64,000 nucleotides of DNA from Eledone cirrhosa (lineage: Eukaryota). Below the pieces are notes generated by a model, which saw only the letters and a program-made list of their open reading frames with translations, ran no database searches and was not told the origin of the DNA. Below, piece after piece: positions 13,928 to 29,521 of this stretch. The stretch is from assembly GCA_964016885.1 (NCBI GenBank), contig OZ024741.1:323578001-323642000 (forward strand), given 5' to 3'. Numbering within the stretch: position 1 is the stretch's first letter; every line of letters begins with the position of its first letter. The position numbers and the translations under genes are program-made.

Positions 13928-14276
13928 GGAACGATCGACTTTTTTGTCAAATCGGACCGAGGGAACAATGTTTCCGGTGGTCTTTCCAATTGCTAATACT
14001 ATCTATCGGTCGCAACTCCAGGTAGAAGGAGCAACGTGAAATAAAGTGTCTTGCTCAAGGACATAACGCATCGCCTGGTCCAGGAATCGAACTCACAACC
14101 TTACGATTGCGAATACAATTCTCTAACCACTCAGCCATACGCCTTCACTATATATATATGTCTATATATATATCTATATCTATATATGCATATCTATATA
14201 TAAGTATTTCCAATATGACTAAAAGAGTGTATGTAGATGCACATATATAAATATACATACACACACAGATATATAT

Positions 14277-14443
<167 letters not shown>

Positions 14444-15158
14444 ACCCACACACTACCAAATTTCATTGACACAGTATTGGTCGTACCTTTGAACATGGCC
14501 CCTCTAATTTCTGAGCCACATTGCTATGCTTGTTATTACTACAAATCAGTTTTATCTTTTGTTCCCTGATAGACATGTTAAACAAAATGCAAATGATAAC
14601 CTCCACGACTGATACATAACTATAAATTATACTGAATATATATATATAACTCGAGCCACATCAATATTGCGGATATATTTTAGTATGCACATTGCAGGTC
14701 CGCATAAACAATTATTTGGACTGCATAAAATATTTGTTGTGTACTGGGGATATAATGTGAGTTCATACATTTATTTCTTACTCTACATCAGCCGTTATTA
14801 ATATTGGTTTCTGATTTAGGCACAAGGCCAACTACATATCTCTCTACTTTTGCCTATGTTAAAGTTAGCTAGAATCTTATATATTTCTGCTTATGTTTAA
14901 GAGTTGATGAAACTCATTTGCATCATTGTCGATTACTTCCCCCTACTTTTGCTGAGGTTAGGTGTGTGACGTCTGTCGCAACCTTAAACATTCATAAACA
15001 TCCCATATATATTATTCAATAAAAACCTTTTCATAAACACCCCATATATTATTCAATATAGTTAATGGTTTATATGCTCGACCCGTTCGACTGTTTTATG
15101 TGTATGTGTGTGTGTGTACATATATGAATATATATATAGATTCATATATATACACACG

Positions 15159-15300
15159 AAGGCGTGTGGCTGAGTGGTTAGAGAATTGGATTCGCAATCG
15201 TGAGGTTGTGAGTTCGATTCCCGGACCAGGTGATGCGTTATGTCCTTGAGCAAGACACTTTATTTCATGTTGCTCTTTCTACCTGGAGTTGCGACCGATT
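15159..15300 (+). mobile_element. tRNA-derived SINE, family B (other copies ~14008-14147-, 23170-23385-, 37330-37480+, 38025-38350+, 55925-56225-)
   Basis: A-box TGGCTGAGTGG, B-box GTTCGATTCC, then a GTGTCCTTGAGCAAGACACTT-like core. Confidence 0.85.
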
Positions 15301-15452
15301 CGGTATCCAAGGATGCAATTCACTTCTAGCACTCAACGCCATATTACTTCCTAAAAACAAGGATGACGGAGTATATTAATAAGGAGAAAAATGCGAAGTT
15401 GAAGATGTTAGGGTCCTTTATTAATTGAGCTGTTATATATATTTCAATTTTT

Positions 15453-15503
15453 GCTGTCTGAAGAGATCACGATATCTATCGTCATTGAAATATATATAAC
15501 GGC
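15453..15503 (+). ncRNA. Type I hammerhead (copies at 16268-16318- and 16373-16423+)
   Basis: GCTGT CTGAAGA GATCACGATA-TC-TATCGTCATT GAAA TATATA TA ACGGC. Confidence 0.88.
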
Positions 15504-15560
15504 TCAATTAATAAAGGACCCTAACATCTTCAACTTCGCATTTTCCTCTCTCTTCCCCCC

Positions 15561-15614
<54 letters not shown>

Positions 15615-15836
15615 TAAGAAAGGGAGATCGAAGTTTCGGTTTAACATACTTTATTAGTAATCACGCGTAACAGTTGTTTCGCAAATGACCAGCTCGGAGC
15701 CTTAATTGATTACAATCAGCTTCGACTCTGGAATTGATTTGTTTATCAGACGCAGTGGTGATCAGAATCGGTAGGCATATGTTGGTCTCTTTTAGTGTTA
15801 AGCAGTTATGAACAAATTCCGATTCTGATCTCCACT

Positions 15837-15925
15837 GCGTCTGATGATTAAATCGATCCCAGAGTCGAAGTTGATTGCAATCAATAAATGTTTCGAGCTG
15901 GTCATTTACGAAACAAATGTTACTC
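15837..15925 (+). ncRNA. Type I hammerhead with a long loop 2, inside fold-back 15615-15965 (inverted copy 15665-15753)
   Basis: GCGT CTGATGA T-TAAAT...ATTTA-C GAAA CAAATG TT AC(T/G)C; stem II covaries to CAAAT/ATTTG in the other arm. Confidence 0.7.
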
Positions 15926-16458
15926 ATGGTTGGAAATAAATTATGTTAAGCTGAAACTTCAATATTTGGAAATAAATTATGTCAAACTGAAACTTTAATA
16001 TCCATTTTTTCATATAAACACTCTACATATTACGTCAATATCAAAATATGTCGATGTTAATACAAGCGTTTTAACCATACGGTGCTGAAACACGTGCCAC
16101 CTATATTGATATAACATTACAAACATATATATATATATTCGGTATCCAAGGATGCAATTCACTTCTAGCACTCAACGCCACATTACTTCCTAAGAACAGG
16201 GGTGACGGAGTATATTAATAAAGACGAAAATGCGAAGTTGAATATGTTAGAGTCCTTTATTAATTGAGCCGTTATATATATTTCAATGACGATAAATATC
16301 GTGATCTCTTCAGACAGCACAAATTGATTAAAAGGTAACATTTCTGAGGCAATTTTATGTGGAAGACAATTTGGTGTCTGAAGATATCACGATATTTATC
16401 GTCATTGAAATATATATAACGGTTCAAGCAATAAAGGACTCTAACATCAACTTCGCAT

Positions 16459-16580
<122 letters not shown>

Positions 16581-17001
16581 CAGGAAAGAAGAGTGACACG
16601 GTTTGCTATGCAAAAAAGGTTTTTCATCTCATTGCTGACAATTGTTTCTCTGAACTGGTAGGTCTCACAAGCTCCGATGAATTGACTGGTTACAACTATG
16701 TATTGGTGATCGAGTAACGTGAAAACAAGCGGGTAGCGATCTCTAGACCTACCAGCTCAGAGAAACAATTGTCAGGAATGAGATTAAAAACCTTTTTGTA
16801 TAGCAAACCGTGTCACTCTTCTTTCCTGATTTATTATTACTCCAAGTGTTTACAACATAGGAATTACAGCATACTCGCAGCATCACTATGGAAACGCCTT
16901 GTTGAGTCAAACTTAGCCAAGCGTTGATATTATCCACTACTCGGAGTACCATAACTGGACTACACCTAAGTAGACTACCTATAACAATAATTTGTTACCC
17001 C

Positions 17002-17081
<80 letters not shown>

Positions 17082-17089
<8 letters not shown>

Positions 17090-17600
17090 CGTAGTTTAGA
17101 AAGCCACAACAATGCAGAGGGAAATCTCGAAGTGAATGATAGATAGGAGAAATAGGAGAAAGTGAAAATTGAGAGAGACAAAGATGAAAACAAAACAAAG
17201 GTAGAAGGGTTACCGTAGTGGAGAGTTAATCCTAATATTTCGGGCTCACGCCCATCAACTGGGGAAAGTTCCAAAAGGGGGGGGGAACAGGCTAAGCGGA
17301 GAAAGTTGTGATGTCGTTAAAACAGGAATGCCGTTATGACATCACAACTTATGACATCACGTTTTAACGACATCACAACTTTCTCCGCTTAGCCTGTTCC
17401 CCCCCTTTTGGAACTTTCCCCCGTTGATGGGCGTGAGCCCGAAATATTGGGATTAAATCTCCACTACGGTAACCCTTCTACCTTTGTTTTGTTTTCATCT
17501 TTGTCTCTCTCAATTTTCACTTTCTCCTATTTCTCCTATCTATCATTCACTTCGAGATTTCCCTCTGCATTGTTGTGGCTTTCTAAACTACGTATTTTAC
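17082..17600. repeat. Near-perfect ~260 bp fold-back between (TA)n tracts
   Basis: Arms ~17082-17330 and ~17360-17600; the same ORF is predicted on both strands (16975-17274- and 17408-17710+). Confidence 0.92.
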
Positions 17601-17636
17601 ACATTTCACAATGCTTCAAGCAAACTTTAACACCCT

Positions 17637-17701
<65 letters not shown>

Positions 17702-17791
17702 AAAAGGTAAACAGGAATAACAACACAATCGGTACAGTATATGGAAAGAATACATTCGGTTAACGCTTGACGATTAAAATATGTTACCAAA

Positions 17792-17833
<42 letters not shown>

Positions 17834-17984
17834 GAAAAAATTTCAGGATCTCGATGGCCGAGTTCCGGCCGTTTTAACTGTTAGATCCGAATTAAATCGT
17901 GAATCTTTTCATATTACCCACTCTAATTCCCCAAGTATCGAGTTCTGGTGAGTAATGGTCTAACTGGTTTTTTTCCACCTCCAA

Positions 17985-18029
<45 letters not shown>

Positions 18030-18055
18030 CATACACACACACGCACGCACGCACG

Positions 18056-18137
<82 letters not shown>

Positions 18138-18963
18138 AACGTCAACAAGGAAAAACACGAGAGGACGATGCAATACAATTGTTATGCATATTAATTTAAT
18201 TGTTTCTACTTTTGGCACAAGGCCAACAATTATCCCAGTGCATTACTAGTACTTTATTTTATCGACCTCGTAAGGATGAAAGGCAAAGTTAACCTCGGCG
18301 GGATTTGAACTCAGATCGTAAAGGGGCGTAACTATAGGCTGCAAAGCATGGAGTCCGACCCTCTACCAATACTGCAATCCATCACCCTTTGCATATTAGT
18401 TTAATGCCTGATATAGTAGGAAGACAGTCTTGAAATTTCGAACTTTAATACTCTATCAGAGATAGAATGAGAATGAGAGAAAAGGAAATAGATGACTGCA
18501 AGAAAAGAAAAAATATGGGAGAATTTTTTTCATAGAGAAATCACGTGTTTAATTACTATAAGGTAAAAGTGTAGAATGTTTATTTATTTATTTTTTGTTG
18601 TTGTTTTGGTTTTCTTAATTTACTCTACTTTAGTTTTCATTCTTGTATTTGCATTGTATCTACTTTTCCAAAACAATCACTATCATTTTCTAAATCTTAT
18701 TTTTTAAAGTTGTGTGTTGTCGATTTCCTGTGCTAATTCGTTAATCGATCCTGTATATATTCGTAGATTTCGGAATTTTACTTTCTACGTTGTCGTTTTT
18801 CATTATTAATTTTGGTGGTTTTACTGTCTCTACTGGCGGATGATGGCATTCATTGTAATTTGTTTCACTGAAAAAACCGAGTTGATGTTGTTTTAAGACA
18901 GAGTTCATTGATTTGATGTTTGCTGTTATTTCTTCAGGACTATATATACATAATTATATATGC

Positions 18964-19043
<80 letters not shown>

Positions 19044-20049
19044 TTACACACACACACACATATTATATATACTTACACACGCACACACATATTATATATA
19101 TATATATATATATATATAATATGTATATGTACACGTACATACATATAGGTATACAGACGTACAGTAGTATGTATATATATATATACATACATGCACACAC
19201 ATATATATATATGTACGTATGGATTCACCGAACATTTATTATAATGCTCGGTGTGTTTGTAAACAAACATCCCGTATTAAGCCGTAGTGTCCAGCAACCA
19301 TCGTTGCTCGTTTGTTCAACACTGACAAAGGAACGCTGTACTAGTTTCAAGCTTATTAGCTATCGTCAGCACCGTATACCTTCCTGCCAGATTGTTGAAC
19401 GTATATACTTTCCTTATGCATATTAACGGCTGAGTAGCCCAATTTGCATATCGAGTGGGTTAATCGACCGGGTGCACCGAAAACGATAAACGGAAACAGT
19501 ATATATATATATATATATATATACATACTACTGTACGTCTGTATACATATATGTATGTACGTGTAGATACTTATATTTAAGTAACAGCTGTACTAAGAGT
19601 GGGAAATGAAATTTCGTTTCATTGTTTCCGTTTATCGTTTTCAGTGCACCCGGCCGATTAACCCACTCGATATGCAAATTGGGCTACTCAGCCGTTAATA
19701 TGCATAAGGTAAGTATATACGTTCAACAATCTGGCAGGATGGTATACGTTGCTGACGATAGCTAATAAGCTTGAAACTAGTACAGCGTTCCTTTGTCAGT
19801 GTTGAACAAACGAGCAACGATGGTTGCTGGACACTACGGCTTAATACGGGATGTTTGTTTACAAACACATCGAGCATTATAATAAATGCTCGGTGAATCC
19901 ATACGTACATATATATATGTGTGCATGTATGTATATATATATACATACTACTTTACGTCTGTATACATATATGTATGTACGTGTACATACTTATATTTAA
20001 GTAACAGCCGTACTAAGAGTGGGAAATGAAATTTCGTTTCATTGTTTCC

Positions 20050-20138
<89 letters not shown>

Positions 20139-20272
20139 CATATATATACACTATGTTTCCGTTACTCTTTCCATTGCTGACATATTATCTGTTAGTCGCA
20201 ATTCCTGACAAAAAGAAACGGTATTTGAACTCAGAAGACTAACAGCCGAATCATGTACTGTAAGCCCTAGGG

Positions 20273-20441
20273 CAGGCATGTCAAACATGCGGTCCGCGGG
20301 CCGTATGCATCTCTTTACAAGCACACCTGCGGCCCGCACGAGCGTAATATAAATAAAAAAAATATTAGTTGTCATGTGTGACCCTCAGACAACACATGTA
20401 TCCCATGTCGCCCTCGGAGGACCCCCAGTTTGACATGCCTG
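20273..20441. mobile_element. hAT-superfamily MITE (169 bp)
   Basis: 14-bp TIR CAGGCATGTCAAAC/GTTTGACATGCCTG; 8-bp TSD CCCTAGGG at 20265-20272 and 20442-20449. Confidence 0.95.
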
Positions 20442-21455
20442 CCCTAGGGTACTTGGTACATTATTTATCAAAGTTAACTTTGGCGAGATTTGAACTCAGA
20501 GCGTAGTAAGCTGGAATAAAATGTATTTAATCCAATGCTCTCAACATTCTAAGCGGCATATTTACAGTGCTGTTAGAACGCGGGATAGAATGCTTTCCAG
20601 TATTTATTTCAGTTCACTGCGCTCTGTGATCAAATCCCGCCCAAGTCAAATTTCACTCTCATCCTTTCGAGATCGATAAGAATATCTACCTCTCTAGTAC
20701 TGGGGTACATTGCAAGGGCTTACGAGTCTGACAATTCTTCGAGTAGAATGAAATCGGAGAAAGAAGTATTTCAATAAGACTTTTGATACCAACCTACCTA
20801 AAACTGTCTCTTGTTATATGGAACAAAACCAACCACTTTAAAGGCAGACCTTCCAACCTCTAATAACCCAAACGGGGAGTACCATGAAAAACGAGGAGAA
20901 ATGAGATAAAATAGGGAGATTTTACATAATGAAAGCTATACCTATTTTCACAAGAGAAGACATCTCTCACTCACCCCAAAGTGGGTGGGAGATCTCCCTG
21001 TCGGACGAGTATGTTAAAGGGTTCCAATTTAAAATAAAATCTTCCCACATAATTTAATATATGAACATTTGTTAAGTTATACATTCCATTTACAAGAAGA
21101 AATAATTGATAACGTTAGTAAATCCCTCTGAATTCTTAATTAATCAACTCAATTAAAGTATATTTGATTAGAAATATAGTGACAACAGGGTTAAATATTC
21201 TTAATTAATAACATGTATGACTATGTGTATTGATTATTTCTAAACGTGAGATATTGTATGTGATACAGCAGCCAAATACTATTGCATCGGTGTGATATCT
21301 CAAAAGATCTTTCCTGAATAAATTGAATGCTGAGAGCAAAAAACAGCAGTTAGTCGCCATAATAATAGCAATTCAATTTCAGCGAGCACTATTATTTAGC
21401 ACAACACATCTATATATGTAAGTTATGATACATCTCTCGCTCTCACTTTCTGCCC

Positions 21456-21547
<92 letters not shown>

Positions 21548-21668
21548 CTATATCTATATAACGAAGGAAATGTGGTAAGGAACCAGGTGGACCATAACGC
21601 ACCAAAGTACTCAATACTTAGGGTAGTAGAGTGGGTATATATATATATACACACAAATAAGCAGAAAG

Positions 21669-21740
<72 letters not shown>

Positions 21741-21803
21741 GATAGACACATATATATATACACATATATATTTATATATATGTATATATATATAAGTATA
21801 TAT

Positions 21804-21881
<78 letters not shown>

Positions 21882-23690
21882 TTCAAAATATTAACAAAAA
21901 TAGACATTCGTGTGATCAAGTATATTTTATTATACATATTTCAGAGGTACTGAGCTATCTTCAACAGTACGTCCTCATCAGATAAAATAAGATGATGCAT
22001 GACATACCCTGACATAGTAGATGGTTAAGATTCAGTCATGATAGCGAATATGATATGACAAGACTCAATATTTATATACCTTAAGATTGAGACATGAAAA
22101 AATGTACATATAATACAGAGGGTGCGTGTGAGAAAGCTTAAAAATACATAATAGCAATTTACATAACTGTTAGAGATTCAAATAATTTAAATTATTGAAG
22201 AAAGAAGAAAGAAAGAAGAAAGACAGAGAGGAACAGATGAGGAAAAAAAATAGTTACTAGAAGTATAGAAAGCAAAAGAGAATTGATCAAGGATAGAGAG
22301 ACACAAAGGGGAATAATTTTTATAGTATAAAGCATAGATAAATACATGTATTTATCTATGCTTTAGGCCAACGTATAGATATGTTATCGAATAATGATTT
22401 GATACAGAAAGCCAGTAATTTTGATGGATGGAAAGTCAATTAAATCGACACCATTACATGACTGGTACTTTTATGTGGTACTTTATTTTATCGACCCCGT
22501 AAAGAAGAATGGCAAAGCAAATCTCAGTGGGTTTTGAACTCAGAACGCAAAGGACCACAACGCTATGCCGTTAATCATGTTGTCCAACGCTCTACCGATT
22601 CTGTCAATCCACTACCAAATAATGTAAAACTGTTCGCTCTGAGATACTAAGTTTCCTTATATTTAAACCTAGGAAGTCAAAATAACTCGTATATGGAGAA
22701 AGGGAGATAATTGTGGCAGTAAAATTACTGGTCGGAATGGAACCGATTTCTTTTAAAGAAAGAAGGACAATGAAAATGAGAGACAATGAAAAAGACATTG
22801 CTGGTAATTTATTTATCAACCTCGAAGGATTGAAAGGTAGAGTTGACCATGATGGGATCCGATCTCAGGATACAGGGAACTGAAATGAATGCCGCAAAGC
22901 ATCCTATCCGGTGTCCTGACGATTCTTCCAATCTCTCACTTATTTTACAACACATGCTTCAAACAAAAATTTGGAAATATTTTCAGTCATTTATTATGTC
23001 TTTCTCGAAGACACGGTGGTTGTTATTGATAGTTAAACCTCCTTCAATTCTGAATATATCTCATGTCTGAATATATGTATGAATGTATCATACATATATC
23101 TCTTTATGCATGAATATATCACATATGTCTCTGTATGTATGAATGTATTAAATATCTATCTATAGCATTCCACAGATACGTGCACGCTTAACGTAGTTCT
23201 CAAGTATATTCAATGCAGCAGAGTGTGTGATAAGGTACAAGTACAACTCATGTTTTTCTTTTTTTTAGCTGAATGGTGGACTAGAGTAACCTGATATATA
23301 TGGCACAACGTACCATCGGGAATCGAACTTACGACTTTACGAAACTGACCCGAACAACCTAACCAACAAGCTATGCGTCTTCACCTTCACACTATATTTT
23401 TCTTTTACATCACAAAATCTACATCAAACAACAATTTTGAAATAATTTCATGGCATTTATTATTTCAGTGGTGCTTGTAAATCCATTTTGTTTAACAACT
23501 TCCCACGCTTGGTAGAATCAAGAACTTCTTAGATTATATATTTGCCTGGAGGATATGATTTCATGAAAATAGTAAATTACAAGCGAAGCTAAAAACACGA
23601 AAAACCTAATCGCATGAAACTCATTATATTTTAAATATCTGTATGAAACACGGAGCATTGTCTCCCTCTTAATATATATATATATATATA

Positions 23691-24305
23691 TAAAACATGG
23701 GAAGAAAGAGGAAAACTGCGTGGTTGCACATGGGTTACATATTATAAAATTAGTCTCTCATCAGTGATTTGCCAACCATCATTGGTATTTCATCGCATTA
23801 AAAATCATATACCTCAGGTTGGTGCGAGCAATAACTAAAATAAGCTATTGGGACAAGTGAATCGCGTAAAGCGAGTGAGACAAGTGAACAACATAGAAGG
23901 AAAAGCAAACCGAAGGTAGGAAAAAAGCAAGCAACATGATGGTTATCCGGTCAGCATAAGCTGGGTGAATTTCATGAGCGGTCAGAAAACAGACCGTCCG
24001 ACGTGAATGAGATGTGAGAAAGAAAGAATCCCACTACTAACGAACGGGAGGAAGTGAGAAGGGGAGAAACAGAGAGCGAGTGAGTGGAAGTGCGAGGAAG
24101 AGGTCAGTCGAGAGAAAGTGTAACTGATAGAGGGGGGCAAAAGAAGGTGAGAGAAACAGAGAGAACGGGGGAGCAGAAAGAGAGAAACAGACAATCGCAG
24201 TCGAGGTAAATATGTATAAAAAACATGGGAAGAAAGAGGAAAACTGCGTGGTTGCACATAGGTTACATATTATAAAATTAGTCCCTCATCAGTGATTTGC
24301 CAACC

Positions 24306-24308
<3 letters not shown>
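23691..24308. repeat. (TA)n-bounded unit with an ~85 bp terminal direct repeat (period 528)
   Basis: CATGGGAAGAAAGAGG...GATTTGCCAACCAT at 23696 and 24224. Confidence 0.85.
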
Positions 24309-24339
<31 letters not shown>

Positions 24340-24372
24340 GGAGAGAGAAATAAATAAATATATATATATATG

Positions 24373-24464
<92 letters not shown>

Positions 24465-24479
24465 TAAATAGATAGACAG

Positions 24480-24515
<36 letters not shown>

Positions 24516-24571
24516 GAAAGGTATAGAAATTGTTTTAGCGAGAAGCTAACAGTATTTCATAACACATATGC

Positions 24572-24631
<60 letters not shown>

Positions 24632-25243
24632 TCTTTTACTCTTTTACCTGTTTCAGCCATCCGGCTGAGGCCATGCTGGGGCACATATATATATATATAT
24701 ATATTTATATTAAATATAAAGGTTTACATATACATAAAGTTATAGATATATATGTTGCAACCGGTCACTTTTAAGCTCTATGAAGAATTAATAAATTAAA
24801 TAATCAGAGCAATATATCATAAATCATGTCTTTAGAATTATTAGATAAAATATATACCGTTTCTTCTTCCAATTAGCATAATTAACCATATAAAAAATCA
24901 ATTAGACCAAGCTATAAGAATAAAGGCTCTTATGAAGAAATATCCGACAAATAACCGAAAGTGACCTTAAAAGTGACCGGTTACAACTTAAAAGTGACCG
25001 GTTGCAACATATATATCTATAACTTTATATATGTATATGTAAACCTTTATATTTAATAATCTCCCGTTAGGTTGAGATTAAATTTGGAGATATTTGGCTG
25101 CGCTTTCTAGCAACAACCTACCCGCCGTAAGCAGCCAATCACATTCTTTCTAGCTTGACCACAGCCACATAGCGATTCTTAGCCATTTTTGAATCTAATT
25201 TTGGTGGGCCCAGGTTGAAAAACTAGATGTCTGATTTTGAGTT

Positions 25244-25322
25244 TGTCTCCTGATGAATCCTAACTCAGGACATTCCTATTAATTGGATGTCTAAAAATAC
25301 GGATGAAACCATGGTAGAGATA
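25244..25322 (+). ncRNA. Type I hammerhead within cassette 24700-25612
   Basis: TGTCTC CTGATGA ATCC...GGAT GAAA CCATGG TA GAGATA. Confidence 0.88.
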
Positions 25323-26361
25323 TAATTACGGTATGTACACATTTCTTCTAAGTTTAATTTTACACCTAATTGCGTATGGTTGATGATATATTTAGTCAGT
25401 TTCTACATGCTGTCGAAATGTTGGATAAATATACTATATTGGGGCCACCGCGAAGAGGCCACTTTCGGTTATTTGTCGAAGATTTCTTCATAAGAGCCTT
25501 TCCTCTTATAGCTTGGTCTAATTGATTTTCTATATCGTTAATTATGCTAACTGGAAGAAGTAACGGTATATATTTTATCTAATAATTCTATAGACATGAT
25601 TTATGATATATATTTATATATATATTTATATATATATATATGGGATGTATATGAAAAACATTTGAAGGCCTTTCGCTAAGAATTTATAAGATTGTGTCCA
25701 ACGTCACATACCTAACCCCAGCAAAAGCAATAGGAAGTAATAAACAATGTTTTGCTAAGGTTAAAATAAACTAGAAACTTATAGATTTCTGCTTATGTTT
25801 ATGAACTGATGAGACTCATACGGAGCGGTATATGGCCAGGCTTAAATTAAAAAGTTGTATTGGTGCTCCTACATAGTGATATACATATAAATGTACGTAT
25901 TGTCTATTTTATCTATGAACTGTAGACAAAGAAACAATCGATTTACGAAGCAGTAAGGAAATTTGAATTTTTGATAAGTATGTTAGCTTATTGTGGGTTG
26001 CGACAACGCAAGACTGACTATGGATTAGTATAATCAAGCTACCAAAATGATGTGTAAATTGTCAGCATTGCCTTGGTGCAATAGTTGCGCTATCGCCCGG
26101 CATACGTCAGATGTGAGTTCAGTTACATTTTTGATTAGGTGCTTTTGTCTGGGTGCTTATATACCTTATTTGTTTCAACGTATTATAGTCAAACTCTGTA
26201 GTAGCTTAACATACATTCAAAAATTCAAACATGCTCAACGCTTCTTAAAACGCTTGCTCTCATTCTCCCGTTCATTCATATATAGAACTGACTCCCTTCA
26301 ATAACCATGTGTTTTGCACCTAGAAAGTTCCCCTCCAAGGTGTGTGTCTTGGAGGGGAACT

Positions 26362-26419
<58 letters not shown>

Positions 26420-26454
26420 TGTATATATATACAGTTTCTATATATATATATACT

Positions 26455-26502
<48 letters not shown>

Positions 26503-27086
26503 GGAAAAAATGAAACGATATTTCATTTCCCATTCTTAGTACGGCTGTTACTTAAATATATATATGTACACGTACATACATATATGTATACAGACGTACA
26601 GTACTATGTATATATATATACATACATGCACACATATATATATGTACGTATGGATTCACCGAACATTTATTATAATGCTCGGTGTGTTTGTAAACAACCA
26701 TCCCGTATTAAGCCGTAGTGTCTAACAACCACCGTTGCTCGTTTGTTCAACACTGACAAAGGAACGCTGTACTAGTTTGTTAGCTATCGTCAGCAACGTA
26801 TACCTTCCTGCCAGATTGTTGAACGTATATACTTACCTTATGCATATTAATGGCTGAGTAGCCCAATTTGCATATCGAGTATATATATATATATACTGTA
26901 TATATATATATATATATATGTATATATACGTATATACATATATATATATATATATGAAAAATTTTCAAGACCCCGACGGCTGAGCTGAAGGGTCTTGAAA
27001 ATCTTTCCTATTACCCATTCTACTACTCTAAGTATTGAGTACTCTGGTGCGTTATGGCCCGTCTGGTTCCGTACCGCACTTCCTTC

Positions 27087-27193
<107 letters not shown>

Positions 27194-27344
27194 GTGTGTG
27201 TGTGTGTGTGTCTGTCTGTGTGCGTGTGTATATGTATATATATATATATATATGTATATAAATGGTAAACAGAAATAACAACACAATCGGTACAGTACAT
27301 GGAAGGGATATATTAGGTTAACGCTTGATATGGCAAGAAGAGGG

Positions 27345-27380
27345 TCTTAACGTTTCGGACGCTAGTCCTTCATCAGAAGA
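27345..27380 (-). ncRNA. Minimal hammerhead (degenerate relative at 45955-45989+)
   Basis: TCTT CTGATGA A-GGAC-TAGC-GTCC GAAA CG TT AAGA. Confidence 0.8.
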
Positions 27381-27634
27381 AAAAAGAATGAGAAATAAGA
27401 TAGATTGAGGGGCGGGCGGGTTGGAATTGGAAAAAATGTCTTTAGATAAAAATAACAGGTCCATTCATGTTGACATCTCTTGCAAAACTGTTGGTGCTGG
27501 CGTTATATATATATACCAACCGCATATTAAGTGACTCCAAACATGAAATTTCGAAAAGCATTTTATACACACTCCGTGATTTTTGTAGAACTACTATAAC
27601 AGGAAATTTACAAATTGGATTAAACTCTGAACTG

Positions 27635-27715
27635 TCTTTTGCCAATCTTGCTGTAGATAATAAACTCACATCTTAGCTTTGAACATCTGTTTGCCTCATA
27701 CAGTTGTATTATCAA

Positions 27716-27752
<37 letters not shown>

Positions 27753-27855
27753 GTATGTATATATATATATATAAGTTGATAATACAACTGTATGAGGCAA
27801 ACAGATGTTCAAAGCTAAGATGTGAGTTTATTATCTACAGCAAGATTGGCAAAAG
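27635..27855. repeat. Inverted repeat (~85 bp arms) centred on a (TA)n tract
   Basis: ~27635-27719 is the reverse complement of ~27772-27855. Confidence 0.9.
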
Positions 27856-28083
27856 AAACGATTGTAATATATGTCTAATAAATTCTAATTCATTGCACCA
27901 CTGATTCTCCGTCCTCATATGTGAAATATATGTATATATATAGGAAAAGAGCTCCCGCCGTTTCGACAGCTAGAGCTCAGCCGTCGGGGTCCTGACTCTT
28001 TTCTTATTACGCACTCTACTACACTAAGTATCGAGTACTCTGGTGAATTATAGTCCACCTGTTTCCATACCACACTTTCTTTG

Positions 28084-28178
<95 letters not shown>

Positions 28179-28233
28179 TATAGAAGAGCTTCTACAGGAC
28201 TAGAACTGTTTCATTCGTGAGAAATCACCAGGA

Positions 28234-28282
28234 AGCTCCTGATGATTTCTCACGAATGAAACAGTTCTAGTTCTGTAGAAGC
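28234..28282 (+). ncRNA. Type I hammerhead in fold-back 28175-28293 (inverted copy 28186-28237 has CTGGTGA)
   Basis: AGCTC CTGATGA TTTC-TCAC-GAAT GAAA CAG-TTCTAGTT-CTG TA GAAGC. Confidence 0.8.
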
Positions 28283-28364
28283 CCTTCTATATTAAAACAT
28301 TTATACTCTGCTATGTATTGAGTACCTTTCTTACTGTGGTTACCTCCGATTCAACCCGGAATAA

Positions 28365-28456
<92 letters not shown>

Positions 28457-29419
28457 CTTGATCACCTTAACCGACCAGTCTGTCGGCCGCCAGTCGGCGC
28501 CGCTAGTCGGCGCCGCTAGTCACAGCACGTCGTGCTGTTTTAGCCATAAGATAACGCCAACCGACTGGCTGGGCGGGCATATATATATATATATATATAA
28601 AACAACATAAGAGCAAGAATGAGGGGCTCATTCTACTGACATTGCTTAAAAGAGGCTGTTTGCATGATTACAAACGGATCGAATATTATTATTGATATTT
28701 GAAAAACTCAGATTACATATATATATATTAATTTCCACAGTACCATAATGCACTATATTATATTACATATATTATAATATTATATTATTGTATTTTATTA
28801 TCTTATTATAATTTTCATCTTTTAATATATTATCCATCCTAGTTATGACCATTACTTTACCTATCTATATTTATCCTAGTTATCTCTGTATATTTTATAT
28901 TTCTTTATTTATATTCACCTAAAAATTCCATACAACACAACTCAACATATAATATTTACATCCCTTTTTAAACTTCACTCCACCATCTACATTCCACTAT
29001 CAATACAACAATCCCTTTTCTTCATAGGTTCTTCATAGTAATTCTATTTTTAACACCATTCAACCATTCCTTTCAAAAGGTCATGACCTTAACCAGAGTG
29101 AGTTATATTTCGTCTTAACATCATATGGCAAAACACCATTTGATTGGTTTGTTCTTCAGCAACCTCCAAATAAGGTCATAGAAGTCAATTTACTATTGAT
29201 TTTGAATAAAACTTTCATTGCTTTTGACAACGGCTGACGATATACACGTAGGTAAATATATTCCTTATTTGATATTTTGTAACTAACCTTACATAGATCG
29301 ATAACGAAATATGCGTACGATGTATTATCATCATCTAGAAACGATCGTAAGTATATTCCTAATGACTTGAATTTTTATTTCATTGTTTTAACTTATATAT
29401 ATTTATATATATGTGTATG

Positions 29420-29521
<102 letters not shown>

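Noticed and set aside
15159-15230. tRNA gene
   Set aside because: The A/B boxes continue into a multi-copy SINE body; no complete cloverleaf was seen.
17405-17455. GGGC-GTGA-GCCC-GAAA hairpin as a hammerhead
   Set aside because: The core reads CCGTTGA/CAGTTGA, two mismatches from CUGANGA; at best a decayed motif.
23745-23800. CTGATGA on the minus strand (also at ~24286) as a hammerhead
   Set aside because: I could not find a correctly placed GAAA with stem II/III pairing.
25806-25830. CTGATGA (also at ~45166)
   Set aside because: No stem II or GAAA follows.
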